46,656 bases of DNA from Chara braunii (GCA_003427395.1 BFEA01000006.1:7805854-7852509), one strand, 5' to 3'. Counted from the first letter of the stretch, positions 11,921 to 24,861 are shown. The notes: a model not told the origin generated them from the letters alone. Program-made: numbers and translations.

Positions 11921-13278
11921 GGCGAAGAGGACGAAGAAGATGAACGAGCAGAAGAAAGAGAATGAGGCTCGTCACTGTCCCACTCAGACTTTGAAATCGA
12001 CCCAGCTGAAGAAGGAGGGGAAGAAGTTGAGAGATGGCGGAGGTAGGACACGTGGCGGACGATAGGCCTAGCCGATCGGCTGCCTGGCACCTCAGGAGCA
12101 AGCCGCACCGTGTTCATGCCGTTAGAACCGAGCTCGATCACTCTGAAGCATCCGTAGAATCGTGGCGCTAGCTTACCTTGGCGAGAACATTTCCTCACCT
12201 GCACCAAGTCCCCCAATTTATACTGGGACCAAGGGCCTGCATTCCCATTTCCGGCCTCATAACTTCGGACCTGGCGTCCGTGGGCCAATTCAGTCATACG
12301 CTGTCTTTTCCGGGCCAATCTCGAAAGGGCTCGTTCCATAAGGTCCAGATGGTGCTTGGCCTCGTCCTTGGCTGTCGCCCGTGTGGGACGTTTGTCCAGC
12401 GCCGTTTCGTCATTTAGATTCGGTATTGAGACACAAGATAGGTTGTTGGTACGTAGCTGGAAAGGTGAAAGTCCGGTAGATTCATGCGGGGTCCCTCGGT
12501 ATATAGCTAAGATGTGATCTATGATATCGGGCCACTGCCGCGTGTCCTTAGCTGCAACATTCCGTCGAAGTGTCGTCTTAATTACCCGGTTGGCATTTTC
12601 CACGATGTCGTTCGATTGAGACATATGGGGAGCCGTATTACGAATAGACACCCCGTGTACGACCAGGTTCCTCATGACTTCTCCCCTGAATTCCGCTCTG
12701 TTGTCGGTAAGGATTTCCTCGGTGTCCTGATGCATCCCGAGGAAACGGTTGACATACCGCGCTATTTCCGCCGTCTGTCTTGTCCGACATGGGTAGGCCT
12801 CGATCCACTTTGAGAAGTGGTCGACAAACACCAAGAGAATTGAATATTCACAACTATTCGGTCCAGGGGGGACGATAATATCCGTCGTGTCCATGGTAAC
12901 CCTATGAAATGGCCGTTGGACTACGATGGGCACTATCGACCTAGGTGGCTGAATCGGTGCCTTGTCGGCTGCACAGACAGGACATTTTTCAGCAATATAT
13001 TTAACGTCGTCCCTAATGTTGGACCAATACCATTCATTCTTGTCGATGGCGGACTTGGTGATCCTGACCGCGAAATGGGCTGTTGTCTCTTCGTGGGCTG
13101 CTTTAACCCCGTCATACCTCATAAACGGGTGCGGAACTGCCATCCATATTCCGCTGCCGTCTGTTTTTCGCTTTTCTAACCGTCCCTCATTCCACCTATA
13201 ATCCCGCGCCCTTTCATTGGCCCGTCTCCGATCGTCCTCGGAGAATTCTCGAAGAGGGTTCCCTACGACGGTCGCTAT
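11917..13278 (-). pseudogene. Gypsy integrase (HHCC, DDE, GPY/F-like)
   Basis: HEETTAH...CPVC; RVTMDT, FVDHFSKWIEAYP, ILTDNRAEF, SQSNDIVENANRVIK; GDLVQVRK...KLAPRFYGCFRV. No chromodomain seen. Confidence 0.93.
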
Positions 13279-13386
13279 CTAAACGACATCTGTCCACACC
13301 TCTGCCCGTCTATACTGTAAGATCTTTTCCAACCCTTCCGACGTCGCTTCCACGAATCGAGCCTCCGTCGCAATCTCATTAGTACG

Positions 13387-13548
13387 GCACAAATGACAGA
13401 TTCACCGTTTCTGCGGATTCCTATATTGGATGCATGATCCATGGGCCTTGACTACGCATGTGGCACACTCTACCCACTCGACGTACCCTTCATTTTTCGG
13501 CTTAACCAAAACGGAGTGGATGCGCGAGATAGACTCACACAGAAAACA
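13387..13548 (-). pseudogene. PHD-finger (C4HC3) domain in pol between RNase H and integrase
   Basis: Integrase frame reads CFLC-x20-WVECATCVVKAHGSCIQYRNPQKR*ICHLC. The stop (TGA, 13404-13402) sits at the conserved Trp position. Confidence 0.8.
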
Positions 13549-13620
13549 AAAGCGATCGGGGAGGGATAATAGAGAAGCGGAAGAAGGAGAGAGAGGGCCC
13601 TCAGCGTTTTCTTCTCTCTA

Positions 13621-15061
13621 GGCCGCCATAAGGACACGTGACACTTCTTCGCCTGCCGAGGGAGAACCTTCACCTGGCCGTACCCGGGTCCCTTGGGCTG
13701 TTCCGGATCCTTCCACGGAGTGATCTCTTCCTTGCCTGGCCAGTGCAGACGTGTCAATCCGTCGGCGTTCCCGTGCCTTTCCGTTTTTCTGTGGACGATA
13801 TCGAAGTTATACTCCTGCAGCCTCACCGCCCATCGCCCAATCATTCCCGTGTAGTTCGTCAGCTTCTTGAGGGCCAGCAATGGCTCGTGATCCATAACGA
13901 GGAGGAACTTCTACCCGTAGAGATACGGGTGGAAGCGTTGGATTCCCAAGACGACAGCATAGCATTCTCCTTGTGGCGCCGAGTCATTCTTCCTTTCGTC
14001 CAGCACCGTCCTCGAAGCATATTTGACCACGTGTTCCCGCCCGTCTTTCCCCTTCTGAGCTACGATAGCGGAGATAGCCTCCGGCTGCCTGTCAGTAATG
14101 AGTAGGAACTGGCGCTCGAGATCGGGCCGGATTAGAATAGGGGCCGAGGCCAGGGCCTCCTTCAAAGTGCAAAAGGCCTGCTCACACTCCACGTCCCAAT
14201 TCAGCGGCTGGTCCTTCCACAAGAGGTTCGTTAGGGGCCGAGCGATTGCCGTAAAGCCCTTGATAAACCGTTTGTAGTACGAGGCCAGTCCCAGGAAGGC
14301 TCGAACCTGCATCAATGGCGTGGGCGTGGGAGCTTCTCGAACAGCCTCGACCTTTCTCGAATCCGGTCTCAAGCCTCCTCGGGTTACCACGTAGCCCACG
14401 AACGAGATCTCGGACAAGAAGAATTCACTTTTCTCCAACGCAATCTTGAAACCGGCGTCCCGCAGCGCGCCAAGTGTCCATTCAATATGCTGCACGTGTC
14501 CATGGAATGATTCAAAATACACCAAAATATCATCCATGTACACGATAACGCAAAAATTGATCATGCCCTGAGTTAACCTGGTCTTGTTTACAAAGTTCAG
14601 GAAAGTGACATTCATTGTCCGTTGAAAAGTTGCCGGCTCATTGCATATACCCATGGGGCGTCGAACCCACTGCCACGTGCCCTCAAACAAGACAAACGCC
14701 GTCTTCGGCCGATCCTCTTCCCTCACAAGGATATGGTGGAACCCGTGCCGAATATCAAATTTACTAAAATAATTTGCACAGCCAATCGCATCCAGCAGAT
14801 CATCAATCCGAGGGAGGGGGTACACATCCTTGATCGTGATGTCATTCAATTTCCGATAATCAATGCAAATGCGGATCGATCCGTTCTTTTTCGGAACCAA
14901 AACTACCGGAAAGGACCAAGGACCCGTAGCGGGCTCTATCCAACCGTTAGCTTCGAATTCTCGGATTCACTCGAGTGCTGCCTTTCGTTCTGCCAATGAG
15001 TATCGATAAGGTTTGCAATGAATCGACGGGTGAGTACCGGTCTGAATCTGGTGCTGGATTA
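13621..15061 (-). pseudogene. Gypsy reverse transcriptase + RNase H
   Basis: VPKKNGSIRICIDYRKLN, YPLPRIDDLLD, YMDD, RAFLGLASYY, ECYAVV, DHEPL, RWAVRLQEYNFDIVHR, NADGLTR. Internal stops present. Confidence 0.95.
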
Positions 15062-17917
15062 TTAAAGATAACCCGATGTCCGCGTCATCAATGCTGATAG
15101 CACCCCGATATCCGCTAAGATCTCTGCAATAAGTTGGTGGGTTCCGTCGGGCACGTACTCTGGCACATGTAGCTCGTAAGGTCGTCCGTGTATATCGACT
15201 GTAACACGTTTGGTACGTACTGCCTTAGAGTCCCGGGGCGGCGGGGAAGAGATGAAAGAGTTGTCCGACCACCACGAGAACACGGTGGCTACCATTGGGG
15301 CTTCCTCTTCTCGGATGGCCAAGTGTTCTTCGGGGGTCATCCCATCTGCAATATCCAGGGGATCTACTGATTTCTCAGCGATCCTTATCCCGACATCAAA
15401 CAGCGAGGCTTTGGGGCACCCAGGGGGTCCTGGAGCCTGTATTTCTGCTCCCAGACGCTGCAACCGTATCTCCTTGTCTTTGGTAAGAAGCGATCGGGGA
15501 GGGGGTTCCGTGACGTCGCAGAAGGATCGCTTGTCCACGTATCGAGGGAGCAAGGGAGTAGTGCCCTCATACAGGGTCCGAGGGGGTTCCGAAGAGTCGG
15601 GCAGCCTTGACACCTGTACCAGGGGTTCTCCTATGATCAGAGCTCGAGTTCGTTGGACATTTTCTTCGGTCAACATGAACGTTTTCGTCGTTTTTTGTCG
15701 GACCGGGTAACGGATTACCCTTCGTGTCATCTCTTGAATCGCCGGGTCTGTCTCGTCCTCACTTTCCGAATCCTCGGAAAGCGGGGACGCATGTTCTTCG
15801 CTGCTAGTCTCTGAGTCCTCTAGGAGTCCGTCCCAGGTGACTGTCCGAATCAGCCCGCCTACCTCTGGGTGAGATCTACGTGGCGGGTTGGTAGTCGTGC
15901 GGAGGGTGAGGCGCATGAGGAGTGCGTACGGCTTACCCCCGTTGTTCTTGATAACCACCTCCCGTCGCTCAAAGTCTAGATTGGCCTGGGGGGCGTTTCA
16001 TGCAGGCAGTCCGATGAGTACATCGTACAAGTTCACATTAAGAACCACCACATCTCCCAAGGCGTGGACTTTTCCCAACTTAAAAGCGACGTTTGTCATT
16101 TTTCCTACCGCTCTGATCTTCTCCTTATCGGCGGAGATCAAACGGTCACCTTCGTTGAGTGGGATCAGATCCTTCCTTCTTCCTGCCCGTTCCACTACTC
16201 GCAGGGATATTGCCAACACTGCTGCCCCGGAATCAAGGATCGCGCTGTATGGGACTCCCCAGATCTCCACGTCACACTCCGCGGACTTCCACGGGATAGC
16301 TTTGATGCGCAGAAAATGGTCGCTTTTCTGGAGAAGTCCCAGGCGTACAGTCTCTGAGGGTCCATGTGTATCCGACTTTGTCTCCTTTACGGGAGTCTTC
16401 CCCTTGGCCGTTGCCAGCTTGGCGAGTGCGAATCGTTTTTGATTGGCCTTGCAATGCTGGAGCATGCGATCATTGGCCTGTTCTGATATGGACAACAGAT
16501 AGCCGATCGGAAGCGGAATGCGGTGATCTAAGGCTCGGACGATGTCCTGAACATCGATCTTCCCGGTGACGAACTCAGGACCGCCGGATTCAATCTCCCC
16601 AGGGGATGGTCGCCATTCTGAAATCTCTCGCTCATCGTTCGCGGGCAGGATTGCCCCTATCATCCCAAGACCCGGGTATCCCAAGGAGAGGAATTGATCC
16701 AGTGGGATGAGCTTTGCGGCTTCCTCGATTACCCCTGTGCTTGGTGCTGCCACGTCCATTTCTTCTACCATGGTTCCTACCCGTCCGTGCCCGTTAGCTA
16801 AGGGAGCTGCAGTTGTCGCGGCTGTCCCTATTCTTACTTGTCGCTGGGGGCAATCTCGGGCCATGTGGCCGGGTTGATGGCGGGCGTAACACGTGTCAGT
16901 ACTAGGGGTCGTGCCTGCGCCAGCTCCCGCGACTGCGGGAGCAAATGCTTGGGTGGCAAAAGGGGCAGCGCGAACGTTAATGGAATGCATGGAACGCATC
17001 AGTGACTCCATGCGGGCATTGTTCTCGCGCTGTTCTTTTTTGCTTTCTTGCATGAGGCTAACCAGCGTACGTGTAAGGTCCAACACTGCGTTCGACTCCT
17101 CTATCTTCCCCTTCAGAGTGGGTGTCTGTGCAGCCGCCTTGGGCGTCGATGGTCCTGCTCCCTGATCGGGAGGGCGCCGTAGGGCTGCCACCTGTTCCAG
17201 GTAGGTGACAGGGCCGGACACGAAGCCCATATTTTCGAACTTGTGTTGCAGGGCAGCTAATTCCATCCTTGCGCATGTCAATTCCGTAGAGTCAACTTCT
17301 TTAGCGTGATCTTCTCCCTCGAGGAAGCCGGCAGCGAACTTTCGCTCCATCTCCTCTGCTGCATCCATGATTTGCGTCAGGGTGAAGGTGATGGGGGAGA
17401 ACCGTTTTCGTATCTTAGCCCGTATAGCTCTACTTCGAAGTCCATCTATGAAGAACTCTCTTCCTACCTTCTCGTCTCTCTAAGATTTTACGAACAGTCG
17501 ATAGAACCGACTACGGTATTCCGCAATAGACTCGAGGGGCTTCTGCACTCGGTCATTGATCATAAAGAACACTTGCTCTGAATGTGTGTAATAAAATCGG
17601 TGTAGGAAGTCCCTCTCGAAGGTAGGAAGGTCAGTCCATACGTAGGTGCTGAACCTGTGATGGGCGTCGCCTCCTAGTTGGGCTGGGATGTTAATCCTAG
17701 CTTCAGCATTATCGTACTGCTGCGCTCGGAGCGTGGCAAGCCATGCTCCTGCCAGGTGGTGCGTTGTATCAAATAAATATAGATCTGGCAGGGCTGCTGG
17801 AGCGCGGGCACGTGTAGGCTGAGGCACGGGCTGAGGCGCCGGCCCCAGCCCGCCCCCTGCCCCGCCCTCTGCTTGATTGGCTTAGGCTTGATTGGCGTTT
17901 GCCTGATTAGCATTCAT
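15062..17917 (-). pseudogene. Gypsy gag + aspartic protease + spacer (one frame, internal stops)
   Basis: ATG at 17917 (MNANQANANQA...). Pieces 17480-17827, 15998-17368 and 15062-15958 share a frame. Degenerate knuckle CYARHQPGHMARDC and protease AILDSGA...YDVLIG. Confidence 0.88.
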
Positions 17918-18071
17918 GTTGTCTGCCGATCTGCCCGCAAACCTGCTTCTTGTCACTACAGGTTCGCCTGCCGGCGCGTTCCTTTGCGCAGACCGTACCT
18001 GTTTTGGGGTTGCTAGATCGGTTGAACTAGAGAGCCGAGCAACTCGTCAATCTCTTGTCTTGACACGTGTC

Positions 18072-18084
18072 GGCTCCGATACCA
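18072..18084 (-). promoter_or_regulatory. Primer binding site for initiator tRNA-Met
   Basis: - strand TGGTATCGGAGCC (canonical TGGTATCAGAGCC with one G:U) directly abuts the 5' LTR. Confidence 0.9.
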
Positions 18085-19527
18085 ACCTCACGCCTAGCGC
18101 GACCTCCTGTTTCAGAGTGTTAGTGGGCCTAGAAGTGCGAAAAGGGGTGTGACGAGGATTTTTTGAAATTGGGGGTGGAGTTCCAGGTCGGAACTGGAAT
18201 CTGCTGTGTCAAGTTTCAGGGGTAGAAGTGCAAGTGCTTCCTCTATCTCAGAGTTGGGGTGGGCGTCGTTCCTGCGGCCGGGGCCGGGAAAGAGCCGGGT
18301 GCACGAACGTGGTGTTGTGGGCGTCGCTGTGGGAATGCTCGTACCTCTGTCGTGCGACGCAGAACTCAAAGTTAGAGTCTGATGATGAGGACGAGCTGGG
18401 TTCTCGTCGCTCTCTCCGGGGAGGAGTCTGATGCGTGGCCTCCGTCTGTTCGTGCTCGTTGGGCTGCTGGCACTCTGGGCACGGAGGCCGGGGCCAGAAT
18501 CAGGATATGGAGTCCCAGGGGGTAACTAGCAATCGGTGATATGGGAGGACGATGTAATGGGGACGGAAATTAGTCGTGATAGCGACGAAGCCAAGGGTGA
18601 TAAAGTATTGCTGGTGTCTACTGTCGGGATACTCCGGAATTCCGGAGTTCCGGTTGATTGCCAACTGGAAATTGCCCCTACACAGTCGCTCGTGTTCAGT
18701 TCGGCAGGGGTAATCAAGGTTCCTTAAGTTTTGTTGTCGTCCGATCCGTTGCTGTCGGACTTGCTGTCGTCGGATCTGTTCCCTTTCCCAATATGTCCTG
18801 CACTCAGGATCTCTCAGGCTTTCGCGGTTGGTAATCCAAAAAGAAGTTTCGATCGCCATATTCGGATCAACGGGACTCACTCACACTCACACACATCATT
18901 CCTACATGGCGGGATTGTAACTAGCCCCTGCATGTGTGCGTGCAGATGGCAAATCCGTTGATGGATTGCTGTCTTCCACGCGCGTACGCACTGGCCAACT
19001 AGTTCAGTCCTAAGTTGTGCATCCCAATGGCGGAGCAATCTATTGGCACACTGGTTCGATCAACCCGTTCCCAGAACAACCCCTCCCTGGCTATACTTTT
19101 ATGCATCAGAGGAAAGGGTTATCAAACATTTGACGAGTAGACATACATTCCTAGTAATTCCCGTAATCTCTTACACAGGTCGAACGCAAGTGATTGGGCT
19201 AATCCCGTGCAGTGAGAACATCAACCAGATCTGAGAGAACTCGGACTCGTAGATCAATACATACACTGCAATCCCGAATGCCGAAAAAACGACGAAGTTG
19301 AAACCACGCTAATCTACTGAACAAAACAAAATGGAAAAGCAAAGACAACTTGCGAGAAAGAATGCGAGATCGTTCGTCACCATACATACAAACATGCATT
19401 CAAACAAAGAGATCCGAGAAGATTCACACAGGAAATCCAAAAAGTGCCGCAACAAGATTGGCCAACGTTGGAATCAAAATTTATATAGAAGGGGGGAAGG
19501 AAAAGACACTGTTCCACCATATCCCTC

Positions 19528-19592
<65 letters not shown>

Positions 19593-19602
19593 NNNNNNNN
19601 NN

Positions 19603-19674
<72 letters not shown>

Positions 19675-20683
19675 GGGCAGTCCGTCGCCGCGCATCCCAA
19701 AGACCTCACATAGTCGTCACCCCGCTTAGCCTGAGCGTGCAAGCCAGGTTCGCCCACGTGCCACGGTCCCTCGCGGCCACGCGTCAACCCCGCGCACTCA
19801 GCACCAGCTCGTCCGATCGCCCAACTCTCTACTGAGTCTCACCGTCTTTCTGCACATTAGGCGATCCTCTCGACCACGCTAACTCCCAAGTAGCTTCGAG
19901 AGAAAATTAATCGCGCTTGCAGAATTTATAGCTTGCTAATCAGCGCGCAATAGTCGGGATTGCCAGAGGAACATGAAAGAAGGGAGAAAGGAAGTGCCTA
20001 CGAGTGCATGACTGGGCCGCGGCGTGGGGGATGTAGCCTCACTCCATGCTTCGATCCAACCATGCAACAATCCGGCCAATGAGAAAGGATGTAGAGTGCG
20101 CATGCGGTGACGCGGGAAGGGAATTTCAAGAACGGGGAAGATTACAGTTAGTCCTGCGTAGCGGGGAAGGAACACGAAGAGTTTACAGTTGAGATTAGAA
20201 TTTAGGCGCGGCGGGAACAGAGCGCAGGTCCCTGTACTGCAAAGCGCGCGCGCAAGCAAGAGGCGATGTGCAGTTACAGGCAAAAATTCCGACGCATCCA
20301 ATTTCCTAGTCTAATTAAAGTCCTAATTACAAAAAGAAATTCTGAGAGCCCGCATGGGCTCGTTCTAAATTCAAAAATTCCGAAAGAATTACCCGCGCAA
20401 TTATCGAGCCAAAAAGACGGACGCCTTATTTGAAAACAAAAGAAAATAAAAGAAAAGAGAAAAAGGTCATAGCCGAAGTTGTTCCCCCCCCCCGCGCTTG
20501 ATAAGGCGTGGGCCTATTGTCCCAAGGTCCATACCCGCCACTTTCTCTCCCCCGAAGGACCAAGGAGGAAACTTCGAAAAATCAAGAAGGAGGGACCGCC
20601 ATGCAATTTATCCCTGATCCCTCTGTGTACCCCCAATCCCGGTTGTGCAGAAGATGGCGCCTTACAGAATGTAGTTTGTCACA
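18085..20683 (-). repeat. 5' LTR; begins TGTGACA and ends ...GTGAGGT (no terminal CA)
   Basis: Direct repeat of 7190-9787, followed by the PBS on the - strand. Confidence 0.93.
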
Positions 20684-20687
20684 CTGA

Positions 20688-22078
20688 CCCCTCCACTCGA
20701 GACGAGATCCTGAACACCTGTCTGTTCGAGAATCCCTCAATCCGTAACAGGGCGGGGCTTCCCTTCTCGGTCGCCAAAGCAACAGGAAATTTCGGACTCA
20801 AATGGATGCAGAGAGGCATATGGTTGATTCGCCACATCTGGGACGAAGACTCTAAGAACTGGAAGACTGCAAGAGACCTTCACCTTCAGCTCACCGGACT
20901 ACAACACCAAACAGGCCACTTGAGAGAAATAACGGAGGCCATCCCTCATACATGGATAGATACCCTTCGTCAGACAGACAATGTATTCAAGGAAGACCAA
21001 TGGTTTAAAGACTCTTCATCTACGGACAAATTCCTCAGAATTGATAAAGTCAATGAAGACGGCACAGTAGAAGCCTCAGAATGGTCCCCGGCCGGTGACA
21101 GGCTAAGCCAGATCCGGGAAACAGCTAACTACTCTGTTGGGCGTGGAGGAGGTAAGAGTCCACTATTCCAAGGATACACAGGGACACCCTGTTTTTCGAG
21201 TCACCATGGCAGCTATTCCTATTAAGGATTGGAAGACTGATGTTTGTCGGTACGGGTGGAAAGTCTCACAGGCCGAAGATTCCCTGGGCAATGTGCCCAT
21301 CAGGGATTACTCTGCCCAGATTGGTTACTCCCTCTTCTCTGAAGCCCACTCTTTACAAACAGGTCTCACTCTAAATTGGCAGCGCAGACTTTCTGCCCTT
21401 AACCTCCAACTGCTGTCCTCCAAATGGTTACGGTTCGTTATCCACATTATTATCTCTTCTCTTGAGACCAAAGTAGGGGGCCTTCAATGGATGCACCTTC
21501 ACTCATGTGTCCCGACCTGACTGTGGTGTTCAGAGAAAGGGATGGACATCTCCACGCTATGTGACGCATGCCTGCACCCCTGCCTAGAGGACTGGCTACA
21601 CCTGTGGTGGGAATGCGTTATTGCTAGAGGTTTCTGGGACAACCTGAACCTGCTGTGGGCAGAGGCATATGGTTCTGCAGGCTTTTGGAACCAGGACTTT
21701 GTTATTACAGGCAGATTGAGCCCTCACATCAGCAAGCATCAGATTGGTACTGTTGCTCAGTCATTCAGATTAAGGGCATTTTGGTGTATCTGGCTCGCCA
21801 GAAGAGATAGGTGCTTCCTAAATTCCAACTCCTCTGTTACCTCTCTACTTTCGCAGTTCAAGCATTCAATCAGATTAGACATTATGTCAGAATGGATTAA
21901 ATTTAAACGGCAAGCTACTTCTATCCAGTTAGCCAGAGAACAGTTTCGAAGGAAATGGTTTACCCCCTTTCGGTGGGCCGGCTTCACAGAGAGGAATAGC
22001 CTCTTCTACTCAGAACTTCTGTGGGACTACCCTTCCAGGCCTAGCTTACTAGCTTCCCATCAGGCAGTACTTCACTGA
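20688..22078 (+). pseudogene. LINE ORF2, 3' part including C-terminal CCHC (zf-RVT-like)
   Basis: Continues QMLTD|PSTRDEILNTCLFENP across the insertion. CDACLHPCLEDWLHLWWEC and WCIWLARRDRCF are typical of L1-clade C-termini. Confidence 0.88.
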
Positions 22079-22301
22079 GAGGGCCAGGTATCCCCTCCAT
22101 TTCTGGTTATGCTACCTTAACTATCGTTCTCCTCTCAAGAACAAAAGAGAATTGCTGGTCTGTTTTTCCTTCCAAGTTACACTGGGTAGACTGTGGGGAC
22201 CCCGGCCCCAAGGTTCTACTGAGAGTGTTTTATAAGGGACGCTGGGCCCGGTTCCCAGCAGGTGCTGCTCCCCACAAATAGAATGGAGCCAAATGTCTGT
22301 T

Positions 22302-22341
22302 AAAAAAAAAAAAAAAACAAAAAAAAAAAGAAAAAAAAAAA
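22302..22341 (+). other. LINE poly(A) tail
   Basis: A-rich run ~220 bp after the ORF2 stop. Confidence 0.8.
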
Positions 22342-22678
22342 GACAAAACACATGGCGGCGGCTCCATGTTCTAGCAGAAGATTCATTCTAGTTTTGCACA
22401 TTTAATGAGTAGTGGAGGGAAGCCCTGAAAAGCACGTGCTGAGTTGGCCTGCTACTGCCCACAAACTCGCGTGCTCAGTGGTCCCAAACCACGTGCTGTA
22501 ACTGCTGAAACACGGACCTTAATGTGAATCAACAGCATATATACTTGGCGTGCCATCACCTTAGCATGGCTATGAGCACGACATCGTTCATGGTGAGGAG
22601 GCCTTTGCTAATTATGTGCAGGAGTCTCTCGGATAACCCTCAGGGGTTTTCAAATAAATGCTAAGGAGCTATTCGTTT

Positions 22679-22736
<58 letters not shown>

Positions 22737-22905
22737 GTGTTCTCACACATAACAGCCGCTTCTTTCTTTTCTTCTTTTTTTGTTTTTTTCTTTTTATTCG
22801 CGCATCGGTGACCAGCACACTTGCGCCGCAGGTATGCTCCAACCCCAACCCCCCCATAACCGCCCCCATCACCGAAAGTTTCTCAGCGGATTTGGGCTGT
22901 ACTCA

Positions 22906-23046
22906 GCAAGCGCAGTACAGCCCCCAACTAAGATTCGAAAAAAAATCAGTGGATGGTTGTTTTCCGACTGGTCGGCAAGTGCAGTACAGCCCCCAACTCA
23001 GATTCGAAAAAAAATCAGTGGATGGTTGTTTTCTGACTGGTCGGCA
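22906..23046. repeat. 69-bp tandem duplication
   Basis: GCAGTACAGCCCCCAACT.AGATTCGAAAAAAAATCAGTGGATGG... at 22912 and 22981. Confidence 0.9.
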
Positions 23047-23399
23047 GACCGCCGACCGGTCGGCCCTACTGGTCGGCTGGCTGCAATAGGGTCGGCGGTT
23101 GGGGGGGTCCGCGGTGGGCACGGGTGCAACCCTGGTTGTGCTTGTGCTTGTGCTTGTGCATACAAATAAGCTACCCCCTATATATATATATATATATTTG
23201 TTTTTTTAATTTTTAATCCTAATTTACTATTTTCTAAAAATCAATAACTAAACAGAAACAAAAATGTGCACCATCCGTGCACTTGTCAGCATTCATAATG
23301 AATGTGGCCCATTATCTGGGCCATATTCGGGATGTATCTGGACTGCACTCCAGTCCAGATATTACATTCAAAGCGCTGTTCAGGTCAGTGATGTCCTTG

Positions 23400-23486
<87 letters not shown>

Positions 23487-23560
23487 TGTGAACCTGTAAT
23501 CCATTGATTGGCTTTTTTATTACTTGATTGATTTTTTGATTGCTTGAGTGATTGATTGAC

Positions 23561-23616
<56 letters not shown>

Positions 23617-23695
23617 GATTGATGAATTGCTTGATGACAGATTGATTGATTAGTTGATTGATTGAGTCATAGATTGATTGATTGGTTGATTGGTT
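23400..23695. repeat. (CT)n and (GATT)n microsatellites
   Basis: Visible simple repeats. Similar (CT)n, (GT)n and (GATT)n tracts recur at ~22.7, 24.8, 34.0-35.9 and 39.0-40.4 kb. Confidence 0.95.
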
Positions 23696-24778
23696 TTCGC
23701 ATTTTCTTTTCAAGGGGTTTTTTATGGACTCCCATCTTTTATTTTTGCAATGTGGGGGGGGAGCAGAGGAGGCGGTACCACCTCCGCCTTCCATGGTGCT
23801 GCGGGACCCCCAGAAAGCCCTCAAAAACCTGTGAACGGCATTTGCGCGGTGCGAGGGTATGAACGCGTGTTCGCCTGCTCATTCACCTTTCACGGGTAGG
23901 CACGGGCTACCTATGAGCAGGGTTGTATGCATCTGACGGACAAGGTCAGATACAGTCACTCGCGGCCAAGGGCACTAGCTGCTCTTGAATGTACACATCT
24001 GATGGACAAGGTCAGATCATGACTCAGATGTGCTCACTGACGATGAGCGCTACTTCGAAGCTCGAGCTTTCTTCCTTCATTTTTGCCTGCAATTGACATG
24101 CCAGTAATTTTGTTGGGAGTTTATGTTGGGCATGCTCAATGCCAGCGGTAGTGGCAATTGTTGTGCTGAGAAGGCTCAGCTAGGTCTTCCAAGTGCCCAT
24201 CCACACATCCTTGTAATGTGTGTCCTCTCTGTCCCCAAGGGCAGACTCATTCTTGAGGCTTCTCTTATCCTTACTCCTTTTCCGTTCTTTGTTTCTCTTC
24301 TCTTCATCTCTCTTCCTTGTGTTTATCACCTCCCCCTTTACTCTGGCCCTTTTTGGCCGTTATGGCACAGGTGGATGCGGGCAGCTCACCCTCAACTTCA
24401 TCAACGTGGCAAGCCTTGTACGTTAGAGGCAGGGTGAAGGAGGAGTCAAAAGAAGAATGAGAAAAATGACTAGTTGTTTGTTTGTTTGTTTTTTCAATCT
24501 TCACCGTTGTTTCGCAAAGTGCGCTCTTTCAGTTCATAGTTATATGAAAATAATAAAATATATATGGGACGGACAAGGTCAGATACATTTACTCACTCAC
24601 TTTTTTTTTCACTTTTTTTTTCCCAAAAAACACCCCCTGCAGTGCTAGTGGTACTACCGTACTGGTAAAAGCAGGTACCACTACTGTTCTTGAATGTATA
24701 CATCTGACGGGCAACGTTAGATGAACTCGCGCACGATAAGGCTACCGCTGAGCTCATGCACGCCCTCTCTCTCTCACG

Positions 24779-24861
<83 letters not shown>

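Larger units (their letters stand above)
7179..20683 (-). mobile_element. Ty3/Gypsy LTR retrotransposon, full length (~13.5 kb), degenerate
   Basis: Terminal inverted TGTGAC...GTCACA, TSD CTGA at 7175-7178 and 20684-20687, two ~2.6-kb LTRs, PBS, and domain order gag-PR-RT-RH-INT on the - strand. Confidence 0.96.
2233..22341 (+). mobile_element. L1/Tx1-type non-LTR retrotransposon (LINE), degenerate, interrupted by the Gypsy element; 5' end not located (C-rich 5' UTR may extend to the window start)
   Basis: ORF1 with CCHC knuckles, ORF2 with APE, RT and C-terminal CCHC, then a 3' UTR and poly(A) at 22302-22341. ORF2 rejoins in frame when 7179-20687 is removed. Confidence 0.92.

Noticed and set aside
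7179-20683. DIRS/Ngaro-type split-repeat element as the explanation for the odd ends
   Set aside because: It encodes a DDE integrase and protease, has a tRNA PBS and a TSD, and shows no tyrosine recombinase.
23120-23133. GGGTGCAACCCTG, resembling the right TIR of a hAT-like MITE
   Set aside because: No matching left TIR or TSD found.
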